The translations under genes were made by a program, and so were the position numbers. The notes beneath the pieces are model-generated. The model searched no databases and had not been told where the DNA came from. It saw only the letters and a program-made list of their open reading frames with translations. Of a stretch of 64,000 nt of DNA, positions 16,372 to 26,340 are shown piece after piece. The DNA is from an uncultured Actinomycetota bacterium (lineage in GTDB: Bacteria > Actinomycetota > Actinomycetes > Actinomycetales > JAHECE01): contig CAWACR010000010.1 in the NCBI GenBank assembly GCA_963780675.1, positions 11,814 to 75,813 of the forward strand, written 5' to 3'. Each line of letters starts with the position of its first letter. The first letter of the stretch is position 1.

Positions 16372-16938
16372 ATGACCCAGGAGAACGCCCCCCGCCACGG
16401 CCACGTCGACCTGATCACGGACGCCGCTCGCGACGCCCTCAACGTGCGCCGAGCGTTCGGCGACCCGGTGGTCCACGGCGACGTCACCGTCATCCCCGTC
16501 GCCCGCGTCATGGGTGGCAACGGCATCGGCTTCGGCTCCGGCGCCCTGGACGCGCGCCGCGCCGGCTCCCCCTCCGAGGAGAGCGAGCGCAGCACGGAGG
16601 GTGGCGGCAAGGGCGACGGCGGAGGCGGCGGCTTCGGCGTCCGGGTGCGCCCGATCGGCGTCTTCGTCATCTCCGGCGACGACGCCGAGTGGCAGCCCAC
16701 GCTCGACGTCACCCGCATCGTCCTGGCCGGCCAGGCCGTCGCCGTCGTGGCCGTCCTCGCGACCGCCCATGTGATCCGCTACAAGATCGGTCACAGCACC
16801 CAGCCGATCGTCGCGCCGAGCCCCGCGGCCGCCCGCCTCGTCCGGCTCATCCCCAGGATCCCGCGGCCGCACCTGGTGCGCCGCACGGCGGTCGGAACGG
16901 CGCACGTGGTCGCCGCCCTGCTCGCGCGGCGGCACTGA
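16372..16938 (+). CDS. GerW/YtfJ-family protein with a C-terminal hydrophobic segment
   Basis: Contains FGDPVVHGDVTVIPVARV, a Gly-rich segment, GFGVRVRPIGVFVISGD and a probable TM helix IVLAGQAVAVVAVLATAHVI. The start is an internal ATG of ORF 16126..16938. Confidence 0.65.
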   Translation: MTQENAPRHGHVDLITDAARDALNVRRAFGDPVVHGDVTVIPVARVMGGNGIGFGSGALDARRAGSPSEESERSTEGGGKGDGGGGGFGVRVRPIGVFVISGDDAEWQPTLDVTRIVLAGQAVAVVAVLATAHVIRYKIGHSTQPIVAPSPAAARLVRLIPRIPRPHLVRRTAVGTAHVVAALLARRH

Positions 16939-16967
16939 GCCGGGGCCGCCCAAGAGCCGGGCCGCAC

Positions 16968-17690
16968 TCACGCCGATGGCGCGGCCACCACCCTCACCTC
17001 GAGGGAGTCCACGCGCTCGGCGACCACGGTCGAGGCGGCGAGCGCCGCACCGGCCGCCTCGACCACCGCATCGAGCCCCGCCCGGTCGAGCCCCGGCGGT
17101 ACCCCGAGCACCACGCGCAGCTCCGCACGCGAACCCGGCTCGCACCGCACGGCCAGGACGCCCGGCACGTCCGCGAGCGCACCGGCGACCCCCGCCGCCA
17201 CCTCGGGATCGGCGTACGACGGCGCCCAGACCCGCCCCTGCGCGAGCGCCCACACGGCTGGCCGCGGCACGAGCACGGTCGCCGGGCCGCCCGGATCGAG
17301 CACCAGCAACCCGTCCGCCTCGGTCGCCGCCGCGAGCGCCGCCCGCACGCCCTCGACCGGCATCGGCCTCGCCGTCGGATCCCAGCGGGCCAGCGCGGCC
17401 ACGCTCGAGAACGCCGGCACCGCGGCCCGGCCGTCGGGGGCCCGCACCGTCACCATCGCCGCGGAGGCCACCTTCTCCCCCGCGATCCCGTGGTCGCACT
17501 CGCCCGGCTCGGCCCGCTCGTCCAGGTGGGCCACCACCGGCACGAGGACCCGGGCCGTCGCCAGTGCGCTCACGACGGCGCGCAGCCGGGCGCCGTCGTC
17601 GGCCTCGCCCAGGGCGAGGGCCAGCTCCGGCGGGCAGGCGCCGTCGTCCCCCGCGAAGCGCGAGGTGGGCGGCAGTGCCCGGCCGGCCAC
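16968..17690 (-). CDS. SseB-family protein (conserved actinobacterial ORF downstream of hisA)
   Basis: Contains ARVLVPVVAHLDE..., VTVRAPDGRAAVPAFSSVAALARWDP and LLVLDPGGPATVLVPRPAVWAL. The GTG start at 17690 is uncertain. Confidence 0.55.
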   Translation of the reverse strand: MAGRALPPTSRFAGDDGACPPELALALGEADDGARLRAVVSALATARVLVPVVAHLDERAEPGECDHGIAGEKVASAAMVTVRAPDGRAAVPAFSSVAALARWDPTARPMPVEGVRAALAAATEADGLLVLDPGGPATVLVPRPAVWALAQGRVWAPSYADPEVAAGVAGALADVPGVLAVRCEPGSRAELRVVLGVPPGLDRAGLDAVVEAAGAALAASTVVAERVDSLEVRVVAAPSA

Positions 17691-17709
17691 GACGTCGCCG
17701 CCCCGGGCC

Positions 17710-18441
17710 TCAGGGCCGGCCGGCGACGTCGAGCGCCTCGGGCAGCGTGAAGGCGCCCGCGTAGAGAGCCTTGCCGACGATGGCGCCCTCCACGCCGAGC
17801 GGGACGAGGTCGCGCAGGGCCTCGAGGTCGGCGAGGGAGGAGATGCCGCCGGAGGCGACCACGGGGGCCGAGGTGCGGGCGCAGACCTCGCGCAGCAGGT
17901 CGACGTTCGGGCCGCGCAGGGTGCCGTCCTTGGTGACGTCGGTGACGACGTAGCGGGAGCAACCATCGGCGTCCAGGCGAGCGAGGACCTCCCAGAGGTC
18001 GCCGCCCTCGCGGGTCCAGCCACGCGCGGCCAGCGTGGTGCCGCGGACGTCGAGCCCGACGGCGACCCGGTCGCCGTGGCGGTCGATCGCTCGGGCGGTC
18101 CAGTCCGGGTTCTCCAGGGCTGCGGTGCCGAGGTTCACGCGGCGCGCGCCGGAGGCGAGAGCCCGCTCGAGGGAGGCGTCGTCGCGGATGCCGCCCGAGA
18201 GCTCCACGGCGACGTCGACGGCGCGGATGACCTCGGCGAGGAGGTCGGCGTTGCTGCCGCGGCCGAAGGCGGCGTCGAGGTCGACGAGGTGGATCCACTC
18301 CGCGCCGTCGGCCTCCCACGCCTTCGCGGCGGCCATCGGGTCGCCGTAGGAGGTCTCGGAGCCGGCCTCGCCCTGGACGAGTCGGACGGCCTGGCCGGCG
18401 ACGACGTCGACGGCGGGCAGGAGCTCCAGGCGTGCGGTCAC
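17710..18441 (-). CDS. hisA: phosphoribosyl isomerase A (HisA/PriA, 243 aa)
   Basis: (V)[34 protein letters not shown]..., [41 protein letters not shown] and [14 protein letters not shown] start at 18441. Confidence 0.9.
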   Translation of the reverse strand: MTARLELLPAVDVVAGQAVRLVQGEAGSETSYGDPMAAAKAWEADGAEWIHLVDLDAAFGRGSNADLLAEVIRAVDVAVELSGGIRDDASLERALASGARRVNLGTAALENPDWTARAIDRHGDRVAVGLDVRGTTLAARGWTREGGDLWEVLARLDADGCSRYVVTDVTKDGTLRGPNVDLLREVCARTSAPVVASGGISSLADLEALRDLVPLGVEGAIVGKALYAGAFTLPEALDVAGRP

Positions 18442-18506
18442 GGGGGTCCTTCTCTCGGGTGGGCGTGCGGGAGGGCGGGCGAGGGGTGGGGGCGCCGTCG
18501 TCGGCG

Positions 18507-19157
18507 TCAGGCGAGGGAGGCGACCCAGTTGCGCAGGAGGTGCGCCCCGGCGTCGCCCGACTTCTCGGGGTGGAACTGGGTGGCGGCGAGCGCGCCGTTC
18601 TCGACGGCGGCGACGAAGCGGTCCCCGTGCTCGCTCCACGTCACGCGCGGCAGGCGCGTGCGCGAACCGGACGCGCCGAGCGCGGCGGCGGGGTCGGTGA
18701 GCACGGCGTAGGAGTGGACGAAGTAGAAGCGCTCGGCCTCGACGCCGCGGAAGAGGTCGGTGTCGGCGGGGGGACGGACGGGCGACCACCCCATGTGGGG
18801 GACGACGTCGGCGTGGAGGCGCTCGACGACACCCGGCCACTGGGCCAGGCCGGGGGTCCGGGTGCCGTGCTCGACGCCGAGGTCGAACATCACCTGCATG
18901 CCCACGCAGATCCCGAGCACGGGGCGTCCGCCGGCCAGGCGCCGCTCGACGAGGCGGGGGGCGCCGACGGCCTGGAGGCCGTGCATCACCGCGGCGAAGG
19001 CGCCGACGCCGGGGACCACGAGGCCGTCCGCCTCGGCGGCGCGGGTGGGGTCGGCGGTGAGCTCGACGGCCGCGCCCACCCGCTCGAGGGCACGGACGGC
19101 GGACCGGACGTTGCCCGACCCGTAGTCGAGGACGACGACGCTCGGTGGGCTGGTCAC
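18507..19157 (-). CDS. hisH: imidazole glycerol phosphate synthase, glutamine amidotransferase subunit
   Basis: (V)[28 protein letters not shown]..., [28 protein letters not shown] and [13 protein letters not shown] start at 19157. Confidence 0.9.
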   Translation of the reverse strand: MTSPPSVVVLDYGSGNVRSAVRALERVGAAVELTADPTRAAEADGLVVPGVGAFAAVMHGLQAVGAPRLVERRLAGGRPVLGICVGMQVMFDLGVEHGTRTPGLAQWPGVVERLHADVVPHMGWSPVRPPADTDLFRGVEAERFYFVHSYAVLTDPAAALGASGSRTRLPRVTWSEHGDRFVAAVENGALAATQFHPEKSGDAGAHLLRNWVASLA

Positions 19158-19204
19158 GCCCGTGAGGGTACAAGCCCCGGCCCGATTCGCCCCAGCGAGG
19201 AGGG

Positions 19205-19239
19205 GTTCGTGAGGTCGAGGGACGCTCGACCTCACGAAC
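19205..19239. repeat. perfect 15-bp inverted repeat with a 5-nt spacer; candidate operator in the hisH/sir divergent region
   Basis: gttcgtgaggtcgag-ggacg-ctcgacctcacgaac. It lies 48 nt upstream of the hisH start and 247 nt upstream of sir. A third copy of ctcgacctc follows at about 19247. Confidence 0.8.
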
Positions 19240-19485
19240 GAGAGGGCTCGACCTCGGCGCGGAAGGGGGCTGCGCGACGTCCCAGGATGTGGACGCCCCT
19301 CGACGTCCCGTGAGACGGGGCGGTTAGCCTGCTGGTCATGGCGCCTATCCGACCGCAGACCCGAATGTGTTGTCGCTGTCACTGACGCGCGCCTGACTCA
19401 CCCCGAGCCCGGCACGCGAAGCCGGGTCCTCGCCTCCCCACGGTCTCCCCGCGCTTCGTGTGTCCCTGCCCCCGCGAGGACCACC

Positions 19486-21255
19486 ATGACCAGCCCGAGC
19501 AGCACCGACGCCCCGGCCTCGCTGCCGGCGTCCGCGCCGTCGGCCGCCACCGCGCGACCGACGCGGCCCGCTCGCGCCGGCGGCGCCCGTCCCGGCGCCG
19601 CGCGCAGCAACGGGCAGTGGGCGGTCGACGGGACCGCACCGCTGAACCACAACGAGGAGTTCAAGCAGGCCGACGGCGGCCTCAACGTGCGGCAGCGGAT
19701 CGAGGAGGTCTACTCCCGCGAGGGCTTCGACTCGATCTCCGGGGACGACCTCCACGGCCGGTTCCGCTGGTGGGGCCTCTACACCCAGCGCAAGCCCGGG
19801 ATCGACGGCGGCAAGACCGCCACGCTCGAGCCGCACGAGCTCGAGGACCGCTACTTCATGCTCCGGGTGCGCATCGACGGCGGCGCCCTGACCACGGAGC
19901 AGCTCCGGGTCATCGCGGGCATCTCCCGCGACTTCGGCCGGGACACCGCGGACATCACCGACCGGCAGAACATCCAGCTGCACTGGATCGAGGTCGAGTC
20001 CGTCCCCGAGATCTGGCGCCGGCTCGAGGCCGTGGGCCTGTCCACGACCGAGGCGTGCGGCGACACCCCGCGGGTGGTCCTCGGCAGCCCCGTCGCGGGC
20101 ATCGCGGCGGACGAGATCCTCGACGCCACGCCCGCGATCGCGGCGATCACCGGCCGGTACGTCGGCGACCCGCAGTTCGCGAACCTCCCCCGCAAGTTCA
20201 AGACCGCGGTCACCGGCCACCCGAGCCAGGACGTGGTCCACGAGATCAACGACGTCTCGTTCGTCGGCGTGCGGCACCCGGACCTCGGGCCGGGCTACGA
20301 CGTCTGGGTCGGCGGCGGCCTCAGCACCTCCGCGCACCTCGCCGTCCGGCTGGGCGCCTTCGTGACCGAGGCGGAGGTGCCCGAGGTGTGGGCCGGCGTC
20401 ATCGGCATCTTCCGCGACTACGGCTACCGCCGCCTGCGCAACCGGGCCCGCCTGAAGTACCTCGTGGCGGACTGGGGCGCCGAGAAGTTCCGGCAGGTCC
20501 TCGAGACCGAGTACCTGCACCGCGCCCTCACCGACGGGCCGCCCCCGCCCCCGCCCATGGGCCCGGGCGACCACGTCGGCGTCCACGCGCAGAAGGACGG
20601 CCGGTTCTACATCGGCGCGGCACCCACCGTGGGCCGGGTCTCGGGCGCCGTGCTCGAGGGCGTCGCCGACCTCGCCGAAGGAGCCGGGTCGCACCGCGTC
20701 CGCCTGACCCCGCTGCAGAAGCTGCTCGTGCTGGACGTGCCCGCCGACGCCGTCGACGCCGTGGTCGCGGGCCTCGAGGGCCTCGGCCTCAGCGCCCGGC
20801 CCAGCCCGTTCCGCCGCCACACGATCGCCTGCACGGGCATCGAGTACTGCAAGCTCGCCATCGTCGAGACGAAGGCGACCGCCGCGAGCGCGATCGCCGA
20901 GCTCGAGCGCCGCCTGGCCGGCGTCGCCCTCGACACCCCGATCACCCTGCACGTCAACGGGTGCCCCAACTCGTGCGCACGGATCCAGACGGCGGACATC
21001 GGCCTCAAGGGCCAGCTGCTCCCGACCGACGACGGCGGCCAGGAGCCGGGCTTCCAGGTGCACCTGGGCGGCGGGCTGGCCTCGGCGGACCGTGCGGAGC
21101 CGGGCCTCGGCCGGACGGTCCGTGGCCTCAAGGTGACCGCGACCGACCTCCCCGACTACGTCGAGCGCGTCGTGCGCCGCTACCTCGCCGAGCGCTCCGC
21201 CGGCGAGACCTTCGCGACCTGGGCGCACCGCGCCGAGGAAGGAGCCCTGCGATGA
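19486..21255 (+). CDS. sir: ferredoxin-dependent sulfite reductase (siroheme/[4Fe-4S], NirA/SirA type)
   Basis: Intact 589-aa ORF. Contains RFRWWGLYTQRKPG, IACTGIEYCKLAIVETK and LHVNGCPNSCARIQTADIGLKG (the Cys ligand cluster). An SD (GAGGA) precedes the ATG. Confidence 0.9.
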   Translation: MTSPSSTDAPASLPASAPSAATARPTRPARAGGARPGAARSNGQWAVDGTAPLNHNEEFKQADGGLNVRQRIEEVYSREGFDSISGDDLHGRFRWWGLYTQRKPGIDGGKTATLEPHELEDRYFMLRVRIDGGALTTEQLRVIAGISRDFGRDTADITDRQNIQLHWIEVESVPEIWRRLEAVGLSTTEACGDTPRVVLGSPVAGIAADEILDATPAIAAITGRYVGDPQFANLPRKFKTAVTGHPSQDVVHEINDVSFVGVRHPDLGPGYDVWVGGGLSTSAHLAVRLGAFVTEAEVPEVWAGVIGIFRDYGYRRLRNRARLKYLVADWGAEKFRQVLETEYLHRALTDGPPPPPPMGPGDHVGVHAQKDGRFYIGAAPTVGRVSGAVLEGVADLAEGAGSHRVRLTPLQKLLVLDVPADAVDAVVAGLEGLGLSARPSPFRRHTIACTGIEYCKLAIVETKATAASAIAELERRLAGVALDTPITLHVNGCPNSCARIQTADIGLKGQLLPTDDGGQEPGFQVHLGGGLASADRAEPGLGRTVRGLKVTATDLPDYVERVVRRYLAERSAGETFATWAHRAEEGALR

Positions 21256-21989
21256 GCACCGAGACGCCCGAGGCGAGCACGGCTCCCCGGCCGGCGCGCC
21301 GCAGCAGCGAGGAGCTCCGGGACGTCGTCGAGCGCGCGGCCCCCGGCCTGTCCCGGGCGAGCACCGACGAGGTGCTCGCCTGGGCCGCCGAGGAGTTCGG
21401 CCTGCGCATGGCCGTCGCGTGCAGCATGGCCGACGCCGTGCTGCCCCACCTGGTCTCGCAGCACGTCCCCGGCGTCGACGTGCTCTTCCTCGACACGGGC
21501 TACCACTTCCCCGAGACGCTCGGGACGCGGGACGCCGTCGAGGCGACCCTGCCGGTGCGGATCGTCGACGTGCGGCCGATCCTGTCCGTCGCGGAGCAGG
21601 ACGCGACGTACGGCACGGACCTCTTCAGCAGCGACCCGACCGCATGCTGCCGCATGCGCAAGGTCGAGCCGCTGGCCGAGCAGCTCATCGGCTACGAGGC
21701 CTGGGTCACGGGCGTGCGGCGCGAGGAGTCGCCGACGCGCACCGACACGCCGCTGGTGGGCTGGGACCACACGCACAGCCTCGTGAAGATCAACCCGATC
21801 GCGACGTGGACCTTCGACGACCTCGTCGACTACGCCCACACCCACGGGGTGCTGGTCAACCCGCTCCTGGAGGACGGGTACCCGTCCATCGGGTGCGCCC
21901 CGTGCACGCGACGCGTCGCGCCGGGCCAGGACCTCCGCTCCGGCCGCTGGGCGGGGTTCTCCAAGGTCGAGTGCGGGATCCACCTGTGA
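21252..21989 (+). CDS. cysH: adenylyl-sulfate (APS) reductase, thioredoxin-dependent, Fe-S type
   Basis: The ATG overlaps the sir stop (ATGA). Contains LFLDTGYHFPETL, the CC pair (DPTACCRMRKVEPL), the CxxC (SIGCAPCT) and the C-terminal KVECGIH. Confidence 0.9.
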   Translation: MSTETPEASTAPRPARRSSEELRDVVERAAPGLSRASTDEVLAWAAEEFGLRMAVACSMADAVLPHLVSQHVPGVDVLFLDTGYHFPETLGTRDAVEATLPVRIVDVRPILSVAEQDATYGTDLFSSDPTACCRMRKVEPLAEQLIGYEAWVTGVRREESPTRTDTPLVGWDHTHSLVKINPIATWTFDDLVDYAHTHGVLVNPLLEDGYPSIGCAPCTRRVAPGQDLRSGRWAGFSKVECGIHL

Positions 21990-22081
21990 CCACCACCGAG
22001 GCGACGACCAACCCGACGACCACCCGGGCGACGAGGCGTTCGACCACCCGGGCGACGAGGAACGAGGAGACGGAGCGAACC

Positions 22082-23027
22082 GTGCCGGTCACGCAGGACG
22101 GGGCGACGGCGTCGCCCATCACGCGCCAGGAGCGCCGCCTCACGCAGCTCGAGGCCCTCGAGAGCGAGGCGATCCACATCATCCGCGAGGTGGTGGCGGA
22201 GTTCGAGCGGCCGGTGCTGCTCTTCAGCGGCGGCAAGGACTCGGTGGTCATGCTGCACCTCGCGGCGAAGGCGTTCTGGCCGGCGCCGGTGCCCTTCCCC
22301 GTGCTGCACGTGGACACGGGCCACAACTTCCCCGAGGTCATCGCCTACCGGGACGCCACGGTCGAGCGGCTGGGCCTGCGGCTCGTCGTCGCCCACGTCC
22401 AGGACTACATCGACGACGGCCGCCTGCGCGAGCGCGCCGACGGCACCCGCAACCCGCTGCAGACCCAGCCGCTCCTGGACGCGATCGCCGCGGGCCGGTT
22501 CGACGCCGTCTTCGGCGGCGGCCGGCGGGACGAGGAGAAGGCGCGCGCCAAGGAGCGGGTGCTCAGCCTGCGCGACTAGTTCGGCCAGTGGGACCCCCGC
22601 AACCAGCGGCCCGAGCTGTGGAACCTCTACAACGGCCGCCACCGCCCCGGCGAGCACGTGCGCGCCTTCCCCCTGAGCAACTGGACCGAGCTCGACGTCT
22701 GGCAGTACATCGCGCGCCGAGCAGATCGAGCTGCCGTCGCTGTACTACGCGCACGAACGGGCGGTCTATCCCCGCGACGGGATGTTGCTGGCCGACACCC
22801 CGTACTCGCCACCGCGCGAGGGCGAGGAGGTCGGCGTGCGGACCGTGCGCTACCGGACGGTCGGCGACATGTCCTGCACCGGCGCCGTCGAGAGCGACGC
22901 CCGCACCGTGGACGACGTCGTGCGCGAGGTCGCCGCGAGCCGGCTCACCGAGCGCGGCGCGACCCGCGCGGACGACCGCCTGTCCGAGGCAGCCATGGAG
23001 GATCGCAAGAAGGAGGGGTACTTCTGA
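22082..23027 (+). pseudogene. cysD: sulfate adenylyltransferase subunit 2, with an in-frame TAG (22577-22579) and one frameshift (about 22716-22720) as read
   Basis: LTQLEALESEAIHIIREVVAEFERPVLLFSGGKDSVVMLHLAAKAF...[70 protein letters not shown], then at +1 [14 protein letters not shown]...[14 protein letters not shown]...[10 protein letters not shown]. The GTG at 22082 has an SD (GGAG). An alternative coupled GTG lies at 21986. Confidence 0.85.
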
Positions 23028-24365
23028 TGGGCACCCAGGACACCGATCCGCGTCCCTCGGGCACGCTGCTCCGCCTCGCCACCGCCGGCTCCGTCGACGA
23101 CGGCAAGTCCACCCTGGTGGGCCGGCTCCTGCTACGACACCAAGTCGATCCTCACCGACCAGCTCGACGCCGTCGAGCGCGTCTCCCGAGACCGCGGGCT
23201 CGACACGGCCGACCTCGCCCTGCTCACCGACGGCCTGCGCGCCGAGCGCGAGCAGGGCATCACGATCGACGTCGCCTACCGCTACTTCGCGACGGCGCGG
23301 CGCTCGCTTCATCCTCGCCGACTGCCCCGGGCACGTGCAGTACACCCGCAACACGGTGACGGGCGCGAGCACGGCGGACGCCGTCGTCCTGCTCGTCGAC
23401 GCGCGCAAGGGGGTGCTCGAGCAGACCCGGCGGCACCTCGCCGTCGCCTCGCTGCTGCGCGTGGCGCACGTGATCGTCGCGGTGAACAAGATCGACCTGG
23501 TCGACTTCGACGCCGACGTCTTCGCGCGGGTCGCCTCCCAGGTCGGGGAGGCGGCCGCCGCCCTGGGGCTGCCCGACGTGCGGACCGTCCCCGTCTCGGC
23601 GCTCCTCGGCGACAACATCGTGGACCGCTCGGAGCGCACCCCCTGGTACACCGGACCGAGCCTCCTCGAGCTCCTCGAGGAGCTGCCCGCGGCCGACGAC
23701 CCGTCCTCGGAGGCGTTCCGGTTCCCGGTCCAGGTGGTCGTCCGGCCCCAGGGCGCGGCCCGTGACCCCCGCTACCTCGACTACCGCGGCTACGCCGGGC
23801 AGGTCGCCTCCGGCGTCGTCCGCGTGGGCGACCCCGTGGTGGTCCTGCCCTCGGGGCGCACGACGACGATCGCCGGCATCGACACCGCCGACGGCGAGCT
23901 GGACGAGGCCTTCGCGCCGCAGTCCGTCACCCTGCGCCTGGCGGACGACGTCGACGTCGCCCGCGGCGACCTGGTCGCGGGCCTCGAGGACGCCCCCTGC
24001 CCACCCAGGAGATCGAGGGCACCGTCTGCTGGCTCGCCGAGGGCGAGCTCCGCCCCGGGGCCCGGCTCCTGCTCAAGCACACGACCCGGACGGTCCAGGC
24101 CATCGTGCGCGACGTCGTCGGGCGCCTCGACCTGGACTCGGCGGAGCTGGCGCCGGCGGAGTCGCTGGGCCTCAACGACATCGGACGGGTCGAGATCCGC
24201 CTCGCCTCCCCGGTGGTCGCCGAGCAGTACGCGACGTCGCGGCGCACGGGCTCGTTCCTGCTCATCGACCCGCACGACGGGCGCACGCTCGCGGCCGGGA
24301 TGGTCGGCGACGCGCTCGCCGAGGCCCGCCACCCCGAGCAGCGGCCGCTGCAGTACGCGATCTGA
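23027..24365 (+). pseudogene. cysN: sulfate adenylyltransferase subunit 1 (GTPase; no fused APS kinase), at least three frameshifts as read
   Basis: The ATG overlaps the cysD stop (TGATG). Segments are [22 protein letters not shown] | [27 protein letters not shown] | [33 protein letters not shown].. | QEIEGTVCWLAE..SFLLIDPHDGRTLAAGMV. Shifts fall near 23137, 23300 and 24000. Confidence 0.85.
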
Positions 24366-24373
24366 GACGCCCG

Positions 24374-25447
24374 ATGCCCGCGTTCACCTGGCGACGCTCG
24401 CTCGCCGTCGTCGTGGCCGCGCTCGCGGCCGGGCTGACCGGCTGCGCGCCCGCGGTGAGCGGGGCGGCGGGCGTCACGGACGCCGGGCCCGCCGAGGAGG
24501 TCCGGCTCGGCTACTTCGCGACGGTGACCCACGCTCCGGCCCTGGTGGGCGTGGCGCGCGGGACCTTCGAGGAGGCACTCGGTGCGACCGACCTGTCCAC
24601 CCAGGTCTTCTCCGCGGGCCCCGCCGCGATCGAGGCGCTCAACGCCGGGGCGATCGACGCCGCGTTCGTCGGGCCGAACCCGGCGATCAACGGCTTCGTC
24701 GCCTCCGACGGCGAGGCGTTGCGCATCGTGGCCGGATCCACCTCGGGCGGGGCGCAACTCGTGGTCCGGCCGGGGATCGACGAGCCCGCCGACCTGGTGG
24801 GGACGACGCTCGCGACGCCGCAACTGGGCGGGACGCAAGACGTGGCCCTGCGCTCCTGGCTCGCGGACGAGGGCCTGGAGGCCACGCTGCGCGGCGACGG
24901 CGAGGTGAGGATCACGCCCACCGAGAACGCCCTCACCCTCCAGCTCTTCCGCGACGGCACGATCGACGGCGCGTGGGTACCGGAGCCGTGGGCCTCGCGG
25001 CTGGTGGTCGAGGCCGGCGCCGAGGTGCTGGTCGACGAACGCGACCTCTGGCCCGGCGGGGCGTTCCCGACCACCCAGCTGATCGTCTCCACGCGCTTCC
25101 TGGCCGCTCACCCCGAGACGGTCGAGGCACTCGTGCGCGGCACGGTGGAGTCGGTCGACTGGATGACCGCCCACCCCGAGGAGGCGGCGGCCCTCGTCGA
25201 CACGCAGGTCGAGGAGCTCACGGGCCGGGCGTTGGGCGACGCCGTCCTCGACCGGGCGCTGGGCGGCGTGACGTTCACGCCGGACCCCCTCGCGGTGGCC
25301 CTCGACGACCTCCTGGAGCACGGCATCCGCGTGGGCACGGCCCCCGACGCCTCCCTCGAGGGCATCTACGACCTGCGCCTGCTCAACGCCGTCCTCGCCG
25401 AGCGGGGCCAGGCCCCCGTGAGCGCCGCCGGGCTCGGGCTCGAGTGA
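24374..25447 (+). CDS. ABC transporter substrate-binding lipoprotein, NitT/TauT (SsuA/NMT1-like) family
   Basis: MPAFTWRRSLAVVVAALAAGLTGC provides a lipobox (LTGC). Contains RLGYFATVTHAPALVGVARGTF and FVGPNPAING. It sits directly downstream of cysN, an arrangement I recall from Streptomyces sulfate clusters. Confidence 0.8.
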   Translation: MPAFTWRRSLAVVVAALAAGLTGCAPAVSGAAGVTDAGPAEEVRLGYFATVTHAPALVGVARGTFEEALGATDLSTQVFSAGPAAIEALNAGAIDAAFVGPNPAINGFVASDGEALRIVAGSTSGGAQLVVRPGIDEPADLVGTTLATPQLGGTQDVALRSWLADEGLEATLRGDGEVRITPTENALTLQLFRDGTIDGAWVPEPWASRLVVEAGAEVLVDERDLWPGGAFPTTQLIVSTRFLAAHPETVEALVRGTVESVDWMTAHPEEAAALVDTQVEELTGRALGDAVLDRALGGVTFTPDPLAVALDDLLEHGIRVGTAPDASLEGIYDLRLLNAVLAERGQAPVSAAGLGLE

Positions 25448-25491
25448 CGGGGGCACGGGCAGTCGTGACCGACTCAGGAGGAGGACCGAGG

Positions 25492-26340
25492 ATGACGACG
25501 ACGGCGCCCACCGGCCCCACAGCGGACCTCACCGGCGCCGGGGCCGAGGCCGAGGCCGAGGCGCGAGCCGCGGAGGCCGCTGCCGGCCCCGGCGCGACGG
25601 CCGCGACCGCCGTCCGGCTGACGGGGGTCGGCAAGCGGTTCGGCGCCGACGGCCCCGCCGTGCTGGAGGGGATCGATCTGACGATCAGGCACGGTGAGTT
25701 CGTCTGCCTCCTGGGGGCGTCCGGGTGCGGGAAGTCCACCCTGCTCAACCTGATCGCGGGCCTTCAGGAACCGACAACCGGGTCCGTCGACGTCGCACCG
25801 CCCGGTGCGGCGCTGATGTTCCAGGAGTCCGCGCTGTTCCCGTGGCTGACGGCGCGGGGGAACGTCGAGCTCGCCCTGCGGTTGCGGGGGGTGCCGCGAG
25901 GGCGGCGGCGGGAGCGGGCGGGCGAGCTGCTCGACGTCGTGCGCCTGTCCGGGGCCGGCGACAAGCGCGTCCACGAGCTGTCGGGGGGCATGCGGCAGCG
26001 CGTGGCCCTGGCGCGGTCGCTGGCCCAGGAGCGCGACGTCCTGCTCATGGACGAGCCCTTCGCCGCGCTCGATGCGATCACCCGCGACCTCCTCCACGAC
26101 GAGCTCGAGCGGATCTGGCGCGAGACCGGGCGGACCGTCGTGTTCGTCACCCACAACGTCCGCGAGGCCGTCCGCCTCGGCCAGCGCGTGCTGCTGATGT
26201 CTTCCCGCCCGGGCCGGATCGTGCGCGAGTGGCAGGTCACGGTGGCCGGCGAGCGGCGCATCGAGGCCCCCGACGTCTCCCGGCTGTCCGTCGAGATCAC
26301 CGACCACCTCCGCGAGGAGATCCGCCGCCATGCCCACTGA
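25492..26340 (+). CDS. ABC transporter ATP-binding protein (NitT/TauT family)
   Basis: SD aggaggagga precedes the ATG. Walker A is GASGCGKST, the signature is LSGGMRQRVALAR and Walker B is LLMDEPF. Confidence 0.9.
   Translation: MTTTAPTGPTADLTGAGAEAEAEARAAEAAAGPGATAATAVRLTGVGKRFGADGPAVLEGIDLTIRHGEFVCLLGASGCGKSTLLNLIAGLQEPTTGSVDVAPPGAALMFQESALFPWLTARGNVELALRLRGVPRGRRRERAGELLDVVRLSGAGDKRVHELSGGMRQRVALARSLAQERDVLLMDEPFAALDAITRDLLHDELERIWRETGRTVVFVTHNVREAVRLGQRVLLMSSRPGRIVREWQVTVAGERRIEAPDVSRLSVEITDHLREEIRRHAH

Noticed and set aside
19240-19485. SAM-IV or another sulfur-related riboswitch upstream of sir. A GGTCATGGCGCC string looked reminiscent.
   Set aside because: I could not find the remaining conserved core elements or a convincing multi-stem fold by eye. 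A covariance-model search would be needed, and I expect it to be negative.
22577-22579. The in-frame TAG in cysD as programmed read-through or pyrrolysine-type recoding.
   Set aside because: There is no pyl machinery context. The gene also has a frameshift 140 nt downstream, and neighbouring cysN is frameshifted. A simple nonsense mutation or base error is far more likely.
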